Assembly: GCA_951406725.2 (NCBI GenBank)
Contig: OX597814.1
Location: 127,410,001-127,474,000 of the forward strand
Reading direction: 5' to 3'
DNA from: Octopus vulgaris
Taxonomy: Eukaryota
Length of the DNA stretch: 64,000 bases
The notes beneath the pieces were generated by a model. That model was not told the origin of the DNA. It worked only from the letters and a program-made list of their open reading frames with translations, and made no database searches. The translations under genes were made by a program, and so were the position numbers. This document shows, one piece after another, positions 51,469 to 64,000 of this stretch (position 1 is the stretch's first letter; every line of letters starts with the position of its first letter).

Positions 51469-52310
51469 AATGCGGTCAGAGCGACGAAACCGTTCTGCAC
51501 GCACTCGTGCAGTGTCCAACAATTTCCGACCTGTGGGCTTATGTCGAACAACTGTTGTCACGTGTGGGACGAGTCGGTTTATCAGCTGAGTCTATCGTCA
51601 ATATTGTCACGCCTCCTTCCTTCAAACGGGAAGGGAGAGCTATTTTCATCATCCTTGTGGCTATGGCGAAGGAATGTATCTGGTGGACGCATCTGAAAGG
51701 ATTGGAGACAAACACTTTCCTCTCTGATCAATCTCTCATCAACTTCTTCAAGTACCACTTGAAAAGGAAAGTGAGAGTAGAGAGGCAAGTTTTGTCTAGC
51801 GAATGTTTTAAAAAAAGATGGGTGAATGTAGCAAGGATGGCACGTATGAATGACGAATCCACCTTGAGCATAATCCTATGAACCCAGAAATTGAAAACAG
51901 AGGGTTACCCACTTGCAAACAAATGTGGTAACATATAACAATATTGACCGAGGTTACTGTGGTCTTTTTCGTAGGCTTATCTTCCCATGGATAAACCTTA
52001 TCTGCTTTCCCCTTTACACCGTACATCATGACACTGTGATACACGATCCCTATTGATCGTTTTTTTTCTCTCCCCCTTTTTTCCTCTTTTTTCTTTCTTT
52101 TTTTATTTTTCTTTTCCTTTTTTTTTCTTTTCCTTTTCCCTTTTTTTTTCTTTTTCCCCTTTTACGATCCCTTTTGATCGAAAACCTACACCACTTTCTT
52201 TTGTTTCTTTTGTTTTTTGTTTTTTTTTGTTTTTTTTCATCCCACAAAAGAAAAGCTCTACCTTGTAATTTGTCCCATCTGTGTGCAGCCCTGTGTGGCC
52301 AATAAAGAAA
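51469..52310 (+). mobile_element. Tx1/L1-clade LINE 3' fragment in (TCTA)n
   Basis: CGQSDETVLHALVQCPTISDLWAYVEQLLSR..FFKYHLKRKVRVER, homologous to 41440-41840; T-rich UTR ending gccctgtgtggccaataaagaaa. Confidence 0.88.
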
Positions 52311-52980
52311 CTTATCTATCTATCTATCTATCTCTCTATCTATCTATTTATCTATCACCTGTCTGTTAGTGTATGCATTCATATTTGTGTGTATGCATGT
52401 GTATGTGTGTGTGTGTGTCTGGTCAATTTATAGACGGTATTTGAGCATTGGACAGTATGTATTGCAATATTTGTTTCAGTCCACTGCATTCTGAGTTCAC
52501 ATCCTGCTGGAGTCTGCTTTTCTTCCCATCCTTCAAGATTATATTCAGATCCCCCCTCTCTCTCTCTTCCTCTCTCCAGCTGTCACTTTCTGGATGTTCT
52601 AGGTTAAGAGTAATAGAGCAAAGATAATATCTGTATCTCCTTACGACTTTATAGTCCCCAGACTATTTCCACAGCAGAAGGTTTTCTCATATCCAAGTGC
52701 ACTTGAACACATGAAATATGACTTTACACAGATATATTCTATTCAGCACTGCTTTGTGCAACATTATCTGTATGTGCATGTGTGTGCGAGTGTGTGATTG
52801 TGTCTATGTGTATATTTGTGTTTCCTTGTCTTGATATCATGTTATAGTTGTAAATGATTGTCACTGCATACAAGCTGTGTCATTCATTTCCAATAATCAG
52901 CATAAACATGTTTGACCATTATTATTGGGGAATATTACCTTACTTTGAAAGCAATGAGCATCCATGACAAGAAGGTTATA

Positions 52981-53345
52981 TCATCGTCGTCGTCGTCGTT
53001 CGTCGTCGTTGTTCGTCGTCGTCGTTCGTCGTCGTCGTCGTTGTTCATCGTCGTCGTCATCGTTCGTCGTCGTCGTTCGTCGTCGTCGTCGTCGTTCGTC
53101 GTCGTCGTCATCGTCATTTGTTGTCATCGTCGTTGTCATCGTCGTCGTTGTTGTTTAACGTCCGTTTTCCATACTGGCATGGGTTGGGTGGTTTGATTGA
53201 GGACTGGCAAGCCAGCAGGCTGCACCAAACTCCATCCACTCTGAGAGTGTAATAGGTGCTTTTTATGTGTCACTGGCATGGGAGCCAGTCAGAGGTCACT
53301 GGCATCAGCTACGTCTGGATGGTGCTTTTTATGTGCCACCGGCAT
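52981..53345 (-). mobile_element. RTE 3'-UTR fragment with expanded (GAC)n CpG-rich tail
   Basis: (TCG)n at 52984-53150 abuts tttaacgtccgttttccat. Confidence 0.8.
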
Positions 53346-53547
53346 GCACCTTAACAAATTTCGCCTGACCCATGTATGCATGGAAATGTGAAAGTTAAAA
53401 CAATGATGACATTGATGCCAAAAGTAAGTATGCTGGTACCATGGAGGCACTCGTGCCAGTGCCATATGAAGGCATTTGTGCCAATGCCATGGTATAAAGC
53501 ACCCATTCTGGTGCCATGTAATAACAGTGGTACTGGTGCCATGTGTG

Positions 53548-53880
53548 AAGGTGCATAGCTCAGTGGTTAGAGTGTTGAGCTTACAATCATGAGGATGTGA
53601 GCTTGAATCCCGGACCGGGCTGCGTGTTGTGTTCTTGAGCAAGGCACTTTATTTCACGTTGCTCCAGTTCACTCAGCTGTAGGAATGAGTTGCAATGTCA
53701 CAAGTGCCAAGCTGTATCAGCTGTTGCTTTTCCCTTGGATAACACTGATGGCATGGAGAGGGGAGGCTGGTATGCATGGGCGACTGCTGGTCTTCCATAA
53801 ACAACCTTGCCCGTACTTGTGTCTGGGAGGGTAACTTTCTAGGTGCAATCCCATGGTCAGTCATGACCGAAGGGGGTTTC
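53548..53880 (+). mobile_element. tRNA-derived SINE (family D head, third tail type)
   Basis: A-box tagctcagtgg, B-box-like gcttgaatccc, core gtgttcttgagcaaggcacttt..gctccagttcactcagctg. Confidence 0.78.
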
Positions 53881-54116
53881 AGCAGCAGGTACCATGTAAA
53901 AAGCACCCAGTGGATTCTGTGAAGGGATTGGCATTAGGAAGGGCATTCAGCTGTAAATAAAAACTAGGCCAAGACAGACAAATGGAGCCTGGGGCAGCCT
54001 CTGGCCTTACCGGCTCCTGTCAAACCACCCAACCCATGCCAGTATGGAAAGCGGACGTTAAATGATGATGATGATGAGGAGGAGGAGGAGGGCGAGGATG
54101 ATAAGGATGATCACAG

Positions 54117-54150
<34 letters not shown>

Positions 54151-54651
54151 TGCACACACACACACACACACGCACAAAGCTACTGAAGGTGATAAACAAC
54201 ACTAAATCTATCTTTAAATTACCAACTCTTTGTATCACGGCAGAACATGTATTCATTATTTCCCTGTTAATAATTACAAGATACAAAATTTTGTGTAAAG
54301 TAAAGTAAGTTTTTGCTTTCTTAATTTCTGCCAAAAAATCCTTATCTTCTGGTATTTGGCACAGATCCATCTTAAGTGAAATGGTTTGAAATGTCTAATG
54401 CTTCTTCTCTGTTCCAGTGAAATTTTTGACTGGAAGCAGATGTATGCCAGAACCAAAGGTAGTTGTCTTCCATCAAATCATGCTTTCTCACATCTTCATC
54501 TTTATACATAGCTCAGCTGTGAGTCAGGGTAGTTTTAACTTTTCCACGTAGTACAAGGAACATTTCAATAAGACTGAATTCAAATGTACTGCTTTGGGTG
54601 CAACAATACCGCCAATGTACACGTATATGTATGTATGTATGTATGTATCTA

Positions 54652-54686
<35 letters not shown>

Positions 54687-54767
54687 ATATATATATATAT
54701 ATATATATAGATAGATAGATAGATACATACATACATACATACATACATACATACATACATACATACA

Positions 54768-54796
<29 letters not shown>

Positions 54797-54798
<2 letters not shown>

Positions 54799-55295
54799 GG
54801 AATACTGGTGGAATATTCCCATCAAAATGCCTGTCAAATGTAAACATAACAGGCTGGATATCGTTGTTTGGGACAGAGAGACAAAGGTATGTACCATCTT
54901 CGAGGTCAGCTGCCCTGCAGATATAAATATCTCTTTGAAAATCAAAGAAAAAGAGGATATCTGCGGACAACTGCTTTGAAACCTCCAGCTTCTATATCCA
55001 GACTATGAATTCATATTCATACCAATAAGAATTGGAGCACTAGGTTTTGTTAGTAAATGCTTAAAGGAGAATCTGAATAAACTGGGATTCTCAGAAAGAA
55101 AAACTGACTGCCTAATTCGTACTTTACAAGTGCAATCTGTGAGTGGAACATTAAAAATATGCAAGACTTATCTCAAGTTCCAAATGTGAGTTTGTCTATG
55201 TTAACTACATCTCAAGGAACGAGATTTGTATCTTTGTTCGAAACCAGCTCCCTCTTCAGTGGAATGTTTATAATAATTAAAAAATAGAAGAGACA
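54797..55295 (+). mobile_element. R4/Dong-like LINE 3' fragment (endonuclease domain + UTR), related subfamily, in (CATA)n
   Basis: EYWWNIPIKMPVKCKHNRLDIVVWDRETKVCTIFEVSCPADINISLKIKEKE; (CATA)n on both sides. Confidence 0.88.
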
Positions 55296-55419
55296 CACAT
55301 ACATACATACATACATACATACATACATACACACACACACATGTCATACCATAGCATATCATATTGCATTGGACTGTACTCTACTATATTCTGTAATTGT
55401 AAAGTACAACAAAGATCTG

Positions 55420-55705
55420 ATATTGCATTCTATTTCACAGACCTGATACTGCACTGTTCAATTTTAATAGTGTATTACACAAAACTGATACTGTCCTGTA
55501 CATATCTGATACTGTACATATCTGAAACTATTGAAATTTTCTGATACTGTTCCGTACCTCTCTGAAACAGTACAGTATATCCTTGATACTCTATCGTACT
55601 TTTCTGATACTGTACTTTCACTGGTACTGTATTGTACATCTCTAATATACTGTATAATTTTGATATTGTACATATCTGATACTTTAATGTATGTATACTG
55701 TACTA
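55420..55705. repeat. Degenerate short-period repeat (ctgatactgtac-like)
   Basis: Recurrent ctgatactgt/tactgtac motifs. Confidence 0.65.
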
Positions 55706-55949
55706 TAATAATAATGATTTCAAATTTTAGTACTAGGCCAGCAATTTTGAGGAAGGGGCTAAGTCAATTATATGAACCCCAGTGCTCAACTGGTACTTGT
55801 TTTATCAACTTTGAAAAGATGAAAAAATAAAGTTGACCCTGGTGACATTTGGACTCAGAATATAAAGCGGAAGAAATGCTAGTAAGCATTTTGTCCTGCG
55901 TGAAAATGATTCTGCCAGCTCATTGCCTAAATAATAATGGTAATAGTAG

Positions 55950-56440
55950 TCTTGGTATAAAAGATAGGCTACAGCAAATATTCTGCTCAATACCACAGAT
56001 TTGCTTGTCAGTTGTTTGACCTTAACCAGTTGAGCATGTCCCTTAGTGGCTGACGATATGTGCATCTCTGATCATGAGCAGAAGTAGTGGGGGAGCATCA
56101 TAGCCGTGTGTTGAAAGGAATTCTTGGAGGTTTGGATAATTCACCTTTGGAAATATGAGTGTTTCGTTGATGATCCTTAAACAACCCTTATTCAGGGACC
56201 TTTTGAGCAGGATGGGCTACTCGACCAGAAGAAAATTCTAACTGGGTCCCATCTGCAAGGTCATGCGCTGTTTATCTTGATATGAGATTGTCATGCCGTG
56301 CACATATGGTTGTGATGCATGTGCCTAGTGTACCCTTATCAGACAGGTAGTCATGATGGGTATACTGGGTTTCGTATATTTTACCCCAGTGTCACTTTGA
56401 TAGCATGCACTACTCTCTCACTCAATAATAATAATAATAA
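55950..56440 (+). mobile_element. Probable non-LTR retroposon 3' end in (TAA)n
   Basis: Higher-GC block ending ctctctcactc followed by (AAT)n, with TAA-like repeats upstream; no protein motif recognised. Confidence 0.45.
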
Positions 56441-56735
56441 TATGAAAGTATAATATGAAAACCATACTATACCACCGTAGAAACTATCAAGCAAAAGGTA
56501 TCTGCTAAAGCTGCAGAGTTTCTAGCACTCTGGACAGCATGCTTAGTAGCATTTTGTCCATCTTTATGCTCTGAGTTCAAATTCCTCTGAGGTCGATTTT
56601 GCCTTTCATCCGTTCGGGGTTGATAAAATAAGTACCAGTTGAACATTGGGAGTCGATGTGATTGACTCATCCCCGCCTCCCCTAAGCTGCCCCTGTGGAA
56701 AAAATCTGAAATTATTGTTGTTGTTGTTGGTGTTG

Positions 56736-56778
<43 letters not shown>

Positions 56779-57295
56779 TAGTAGTAGTAGTAGTAGCAGC
56801 AGCAGCAGCAGCAGCAGCAGTAGTGTCCAAATAAAAACTATAGCATTAATGACCACAACCACAATAACAACTACAACAACAATAACAACTGCCTCCACAG
56901 TACTACCATAGCAACAACACCATCAGTCAACTTAATGCAGGTTCAAACATATTTAAATCAATGATTGATTGTCTCCTTGAGTGAAGTTGAGCTGAGTGCA
57001 GACAATGGGTAAATTGAAGGAGCCTTTAGGGGGTCGACTTGACCTGCTAGAAATAGCGACCAAATTTTACTCAAAATACAGACTACTATCTTTAAAAAAT
57101 GGATGAATTGAATAGTGCATTGTCAAGACTCGAGTTCCTCTGGTCATATGTTTCTTGTTTTTTATCAAGGATGACTTGAGATTAAACACTAGCACTGCTA
57201 ACAACAACAACAACAACAACAATAACTGCAATAGCAACAACAGCAACAGCAGCAACAGCAGCAGCAATGACACAACAGCAACAAGTGAAAGCACA

Positions 57296-57640
57296 ATGGT
57301 TGGAGGATCGCAGTTTCAATTCCCAGACCGGGCGTTGTGTGTGTTTATTGACCAAAAACACCTAAAGCTCCACGAGGCTCTGGCAGGGGGTGGTGGAGAC
57401 CCCTGTTGTACTCTTTCGCTCCAACTTTCTCTCACTCTTTCTTCCTGTTTCTTGTCCCCGACTTCCTATGCAACCGCTGAGCTTGGATGTGCATTCATCC
57501 ATCCGTCGATGTTCTCGGTGTCGGGGGTTGACCTGCTTTCTCTTCTGCGGGTTTTACGAATAGCAAAGGACCACGTTTTGGACTTCTCCCACTACGGACA
57601 AAGATCACTTCGCTCAACAACAACAACAACAACAACAACA
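57296..57640 (+). mobile_element. SINE-like element in (CAA)n
   Basis: B-box-like gtttcaattccc followed by agaccgggcgttgtg as in the family D head; ends cacttcgctc followed by (AAC)n. Confidence 0.6.
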
Positions 57641-58236
57641 TGATAACAATAACAACAGAGACTTTGTTCTTGTGTTGCTCTAAATTCATCCTTGATCTAG
57701 CGGGCCAATGATCAGTGGCATTCCAATCATGACCATCTCATTTTTTATATACTTAAATTGATGCTATTTAATGTGTCCTTCCCTTTTTAAGGCAATAAGG
57801 TGTGATTTGAGGGAAATTATTCTGCTATTTCAGACAAATGATTGACTGAACAGATTTCATTGGCTCTTGTGTATATAAGTTGCTGCTGTTGTTATTGCTG
57901 TTGCAGCAGTTGTTGTTTAGCCCCAGACCAACCCTAATTAAGCTGACCTATGGTCAAAGATGTCAGAGAGAGAGCGAGCGAGATAGAGAGAGAGAGAGAG
58001 AGATGGGGAGAGAGAGAGAGAGATGGGAGAGAGAGAGAGAAAGAGTCACTACTACTCAGCAGAAAAGTGAGTTTCCATAACTGGGATAAATGACCAGAAC
58101 AATGCAAAAACAAGAACAACAGCCTCAACAACAATGACCACTTACAGACTCCTATTGGTTCAATAATTTGCTGGTTGGTGGGAGTATATAGCATGATAGA
58201 GTTAATAAGATTTGTACACAGATATATGTACACATG

Positions 58237-58282
<46 letters not shown>

Positions 58283-59242
58283 CATGTATGTATGTATAAC
58301 TGTTTGACTGTGTGGTTAAGAATATCATTTTCCAATTATGAGGTTTTGGGTTCAGTCCCACTGTATGGCACCTTGGGCATGTGCCTTCTAGTATCATCCT
58401 GGCTTGACCAATAACTCAATGACTCATGAGACAAGGACATGGACATTGGTTCTTTTCCAGACACAACAATTAAAAAGAAAATTATTCATACTGAAGAGGT
58501 AAAAATACAAAAACTTAACAAAATAGAATGCACAGTACATGAAGTAGTGCTCCAGCATGGACAAGATTCCCAATGGTTTGAAGTAACTAATCATCTATAG
58601 TGTCATCATTATCTTCATCATCATCAACATCATCACAATCATCATCGTTCTATGTTAGTCTTTCCATATTGGCATGGGTTGGATATGTACTAGCATAGCA
58701 TCCTCCCAATTGTTGTGGTCTTTTATCTTGTTTATCTCCTTTGTGACATCCAACATCCTGAGATCCATCTACTCCACTTCCTCTCACATAATCGTCAGTT
58801 TTTCTCTCTTCTGTAGATTTCTTTCACTTGGATCATTTATATCAATTAACTCTGGGAACCGTTTTCTTTGTTTGTTGTTCATATCATTTTTTTTGCTTTT
58901 TAAATAATTACACACACATGCACACATGCGTATACACATACACATGCAGGCACTTACACGTGTGTGCACAGACACACTGATATATTATCTGAAATCCAGA
59001 TATGGAAAGATGAACTCTTTCACACAAACACACACATATACATGTAACAGACTTTTAGTTTCCACCTACAAATTTCATTCACAAGGCTTTGGTCAACTTG
59101 AGGCTATAACAGGAGACACTTGCCCACAGTTGGACTGAACCAGAAGCCATTTGGGTAGGAAGTGAACTTCTTAACAGCATTACTATGACTGCACATGCTA
59201 AAATGTTTGAAAAGTTGAGTAAAAATAAGCATACAGATATAT

Positions 59243-59451
59243 TCTTTTATTTGTTTCAGTCATTTTGACTGCGGCCATACTGGAGCACCACCTTTAGTCG
59301 AGCAAATCGCCCCCAGGGCTTGTTCTTTGTAAGCCTAGTACTTATTCTATTGGTCTCTTATGCCGAACCGCTAAGTTACGGGGACATAAACACACCAGCA
59401 TCGATGTCAAGTGATTTGGGGGGGGACACAAACATATGCACACACATACAT

Positions 59452-59501
<50 letters not shown>

Positions 59502-59655
59502 GATGGGCTTCTTTCAGTTTCCATCTACCAAATCCACTCACAAGGCTTTTGTCGGCCTGAGGTTATAGTAGAAGATACTTGCCCAAGGTGTCATGCAGTG
59601 GGACTGAACCTGAACCATGTGGTCGGTTAGCAAGCTACTTACCACATAGCCACTC
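59243..59655 (-). mobile_element. Full-length SINE family B
   Basis: Homologous to 22670-23080. Confidence 0.88.
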
Positions 59656-61679
59656 CATACCATCATCATTATTTAATGTTTGTTTTCCATGCTGGCAAGG
59701 GTTGGATGGTTTGACAAGATCCAGTGAGCTGCAGAGCTGCATTGAGCACCAGTGTCAGTTTTGGCATGGATTCTACAGCTAGATGCTCCTCTGAATGCTA
59801 ACCACTTTACAGTGTGTACTGGGTGCTTTTTTCATGCCGCCAGCACAAATGAGGTTGCCCGGTAACTTGGGGGACAAGAAAAACAGGGAGAAGGGAAATG
59901 TCCCCTCAACAAAGAAAGTGCAGTTGTATTGAGAGGTGAGAGATGGTTGTATGCCAGGTGTTGTGAGGTTAAAATGCTTGATAGAAGGACATGTCCAAGT
60001 GACTTGCTATAGAGGAGATACAAGGTTATCCTGTATTATATAGGGGTTAAGGGATGTGAATAGCTAAACGGAAGATAGAGATGGTGACAAGCTATATGAA
60101 CACTTTGTAAACTCTTTATTTTTGATATTTCAGTCAACAAACTCTATGCAGAAAGAAAAAGAAAAGAATAGAATAAGTTTGTGATGTATTGATGAAGTAG
60201 AACACTTATCACAGTTTACAGCTTGTAAGTTTTGGTATCAGCAACAGCATCAAGCAAATTAAAATGAACCAAAGATCTTATTTGCTTTTGTCAGGTGATT
60301 GCATTTTTTGTCTTGTTTGGTTTTAATGGAATAAGATTCCTTGTAGAAATAACAAATCTATTTTTTCCCCTATATTTTAAACATTTTAGAGCTCAGGTGT
60401 ATGTGATAAATTTCTTTTAGGAACATTGTAAAAATAAGTATATTGATTAATCTTTGAAAACCACAGTGATTCCTTTTGAAATTCATTGGTTTTTGATGTT
60501 TCAGTCAACAGAATCTATTCATGAAGGAAAGAGAAAGAGTTTTAAAAAAATTGAAATAAAAATTGTTTGGAGCTCACATAAAATCTAATTGAAACTGCCA
60601 AATTTCAATTTTCCCGCAGCAGTATGTATACTTTACATGTTAATAATTTTAGACCTCAGAGATCCCATTCCATTTATTTGCTAGCACTACAACCACTGCA
60701 TCAAGTTGTAGACTTGATGGTTGGTAGCCACAAGGTAAAATGTCTTATACTATCAAAAATTATTTCATACAAGGTAGATTACACTGGCGTTGTTTCCAGT
60801 CTCTTTTTTCCACTCATAGGGGAATTTACATTTATTGTAATAAGTTAATGAAAACTATCAGTAGTTATATAATGTCTCCTAGGTTGTACCTTCTCATGGT
60901 ACCTATTTAAATTATGCAAATTGAATTCTTCAATAAACTATGTAGGTACCCTGTAGTACCTGTATAAAGTTAAGCGGACAAAGCAGTTGAGAGTAATATG
61001 ATCCTTGTTGAACCACTTTAACCAGTGATTAAACTATTTTTCTGGGAAGAAATTTTAATCACACATACATTCAGACCTATCTGGATTCATCTAGTTTTAA
61101 ATATAACTTTCGTAACAGAAGCTGAAAGACCTTATAATAAACTATTGTGGGGAAACAGCTTTTCTTCTATATCCTACATTAACTGATGAAACTACATCAA
61201 CCAACAATCCACAGTGAACAGTATTCAACTTTTATCAGGCTGAACTTTCTGTCTTCTTTATCTTTTTATTGAACAGAAAAGCTTTTATGTGTACATCTTG
61301 CCCCATTCCTGATCTCTCGTAATTTCTCCTCTCTCAGTATCCTGACACAAAACTGTTGATAATAAAGTAATACAATATAATGATTTAGGATCAATTAATC
61401 TAATTGTTTCTCTGTACTTTACCTCACCCTTCACTTTTCCAGTTTATTACGAAGAAATCAATGTGACAAATGATCTACCACAATGGCTCATTGCTGTCCA
61501 TCAGAAATATTGATCTTATCATCTTCCTTCCATGATAATATGTCTCTGACAAAGACTCAGGTCTTTTAATGAATGAATTCTACAATATTTTGTCCCTGGA
61601 GACTATGCTATAGACTTCTTGCATTTGAATGTAGACCATTAGAAGTAACAGGTGTGAAAGTGTTGCTTTTAGTATTTAA

Positions 61680-61885
61680 ATATTGGTGGGGTGTTGAAGA
61701 TGGTGGTGAGATTTATGTTTAAATACTGGGATTGGTGTTTGAATATTTGCGGTGGTGTTTAAATGCTGCAATTGGTGTTTAAATGTTAATTTTGGTGTTT
61801 AAATGTTTGGTGAGAGTGTTTAAATGTTGGTGTTAGTGTTTAATTATTGGTGTTACCATATGTGTTTAAATGTTGGTGTTTAAAT
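61680..61885. repeat. Degenerate minisatellite (ttggtgtttaaatg-like units)
   Basis: Recurrent gtgtttaaatgttgg. Confidence 0.75.
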
Positions 61886-62544
61886 AAAATGGATAAAACG
61901 TCATAGATGATGAAAATAGTGAAATAGTGGTGATAACAATAACAATATAATTAAGGTGACAGAGGTGGGGGCTGCTGAGGGGAATAATACTACTAAATGA
62001 TGGTTGTGATAGCAGTGACACAATATTGCTGCTACAATTTCTACTGGTTTTACTGGTGACTATGAGGGGATGAGGATGATGATGTTAGTGATACTGGTGA
62101 TTACTGTGTTGGTGTTGGTTATGGTGGTAATGATGATGATGATAACAATAACAGGAAAAATTAGCAGTAGATCTTAAATGAAAGATAGTGGCAGCTGTAA
62201 ATATCAATGGTCAGACTAGTATTACAAGACTGGTTAAACTTTTCATAACTATCATTCTAACAAGAAGACTATGTGTTTCAGTTAGTCTCAATTATAATCA
62301 AAATTTTGAAGGCATTTAACACCAAAATAAAACAAAAAAAAAAATTTGTAACTGGATGTATGGATATGGAATTCCCTTTGTAGCTGCATGGTCCCAAGTT
62401 CTATCTCACTATGTGGCGGCTTGAGCAAGTTTCTTAGATTCTTCTACTATTGCATCAAACTGATGAATGGAAACAATATGAAAACACATTATATACATAT
62501 ATATATAGTGCATATATAGATAGATAGATAGATAGATAGATAGT

Positions 62545-62769
62545 CTTTTAGTCTTTTACTTGTTTCAGTCATTTGACTGTGGCCATGCTGGAACACTACC
62601 TTTAGTCGAATCAAATCGACCCCAAGATTTATTATTTGTAAGCCTAGTACTTATTCTATCGGTCTCTTTTGCTGAACTGCTAAGTTACGGGGACCTAAAC
62701 ACACCAGCATCAGTTGTCAAGCGATGTTGAGGGGACAAACACAGATACACGACATACACACACACACAC

Positions 62770-62846
<77 letters not shown>

Positions 62847-63000
62847 TTTATATGATGGGCTTCTTTCAGTTTCTGTCTACCAAATCCACCCACAAGGCTT
62901 TGGTCAGCCTGAGGATATAGTAGAAGACACTTGCCCAAGGAGCCACGCAGTGGAACTGAATCAGGAACCATGTGGTTGGTAAGCAAGCTACTTACCACAC
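62545..63000 (-). mobile_element. Full-length SINE family B
   Basis: Homologous to 22670-23080. Confidence 0.88.
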
Positions 63001-63847
63001 AGATAGTAATACATATGTATATATGTATGCATGTAATGTATATATGTATATGTATATATGTATGTTATATATATATGTGTGTGTATGTATGTATTAATAA
63101 CAGTAAGACACATAGCAATAGAATAAGTAGACAAGCATGGTAGACTGTAAAGCATTTGTTTTAAATAAACATGCATTTAGTCTCACTGTGGAAAAGTAGA
63201 TATGGTTAAATTGCAGGTTTTTCTCTATGATCTCATTCCTAGTCTCAAAGGTAATAGGAGCTTGTAGTATTTATTGTACAGTCAGAACTAAATGTAGAAA
63301 TATTAGTGGAGTAAATGGTTTCTCTAATTTGCACAACAGTTTTAGCATTGGTACATGAATTAATTATTAGAAAAACTACACAGCAATGGGATAAATAGAA
63401 ACATCAAATCAATATGTTATACAAACAAGGCAAACCAATTCAGTTCTGCCCAAGTGTGCATACACTACAAGTAAATATAAGCAATGGGCAACCAATCTCT
63501 GACGAAACTTTAACAAAAACTGAGACTAGTGGCCACAAAGAAAAAGATCTGGTGTTTAATAATGATGTCTACTAAAACATGCTTGTAAGTTTAATTTTCT
63601 ACATATACGTGTGTGTGTGTAAATGGCTGAAACTGTAAGGATAATCTGGAAACTTGACTGAGGAGAGACAGCTGTGAATGACCCATCCTTCTTTTTTCCT
63701 GTGTGAATTTTTGTTGTTTTTCTTGTCTGTCTTCATATTGCCTATCTGTCTAGGTGTTTTACAGTTGTCCATTGGGTTTGTGTTCCATTTTTGGATTTAT
63801 ATATACATATAGCAGTGTACATACATTTTGTTCACCTTATTAGTAAG

Positions 63848-63877
63848 TATCTATCAATCTACCTGTCTATCTTCCTG

Positions 63878-63911
<34 letters not shown>

Positions 63912-63912
63912 G

Positions 63913-63943
<31 letters not shown>

Positions 63944-63948
63944 GATCG

Positions 63949-64000
<52 letters not shown>
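63848..64000. repeat. (TATC)n microsatellite running to the window end
   Basis: Seen directly. Confidence 0.97.

Noticed and set aside
54274-54530. Purine-rich minus-strand stretch as a host exon
   Set aside because: Frames are interrupted by stops; no recognisable domain or clear splice-site pair
56035-56100. ggCTGACGA..GAAg as a hammerhead
   Set aside because: No GAAA..UH and no consistent stems
63495-63535. ctctgacgaa..gagactagt as a hammerhead
   Set aside because: GAAA and the cleavage triplet are missing and there is no stem II pairing

Overview
AT-rich, microsatellite-saturated eukaryotic DNA, probably intronic or intergenic. The repeat landscape looks like an octopus/coleoid cephalopod genome (inference, not verified). 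I found no convincing host exon; nearly all listed ORFs are translations of simple repeats. Identifiable content is transposable-element debris. Non-LTR retrotransposons: a young 5'-truncated RTE (31070-33283) and many copies of its 3' UTR, other RTE remnants, CR1-type, Tx1/L1-type, R4/Dong-type and Hero/NeSL-like pieces. DNA transposons: Tc1/mariner and hAT remnants. There are also at least three tRNA-derived SINE families and a CCA-ended tRNA-Leu retrocopy. The most notable signal is a set of short non-coding elements, several of them fold-backs and most lying in or next to (TA)n tracts, that carry type I hammerhead ribozyme motifs with self-complementary stem III. That architecture is known from Penelope-like elements and retrozymes, and several unrelated families occur here. 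The RTE 3' UTR also carries a variable-copy array of a compact predicted H-type pseudoknot. Coordinates were read by eye and element boundaries are approximate.
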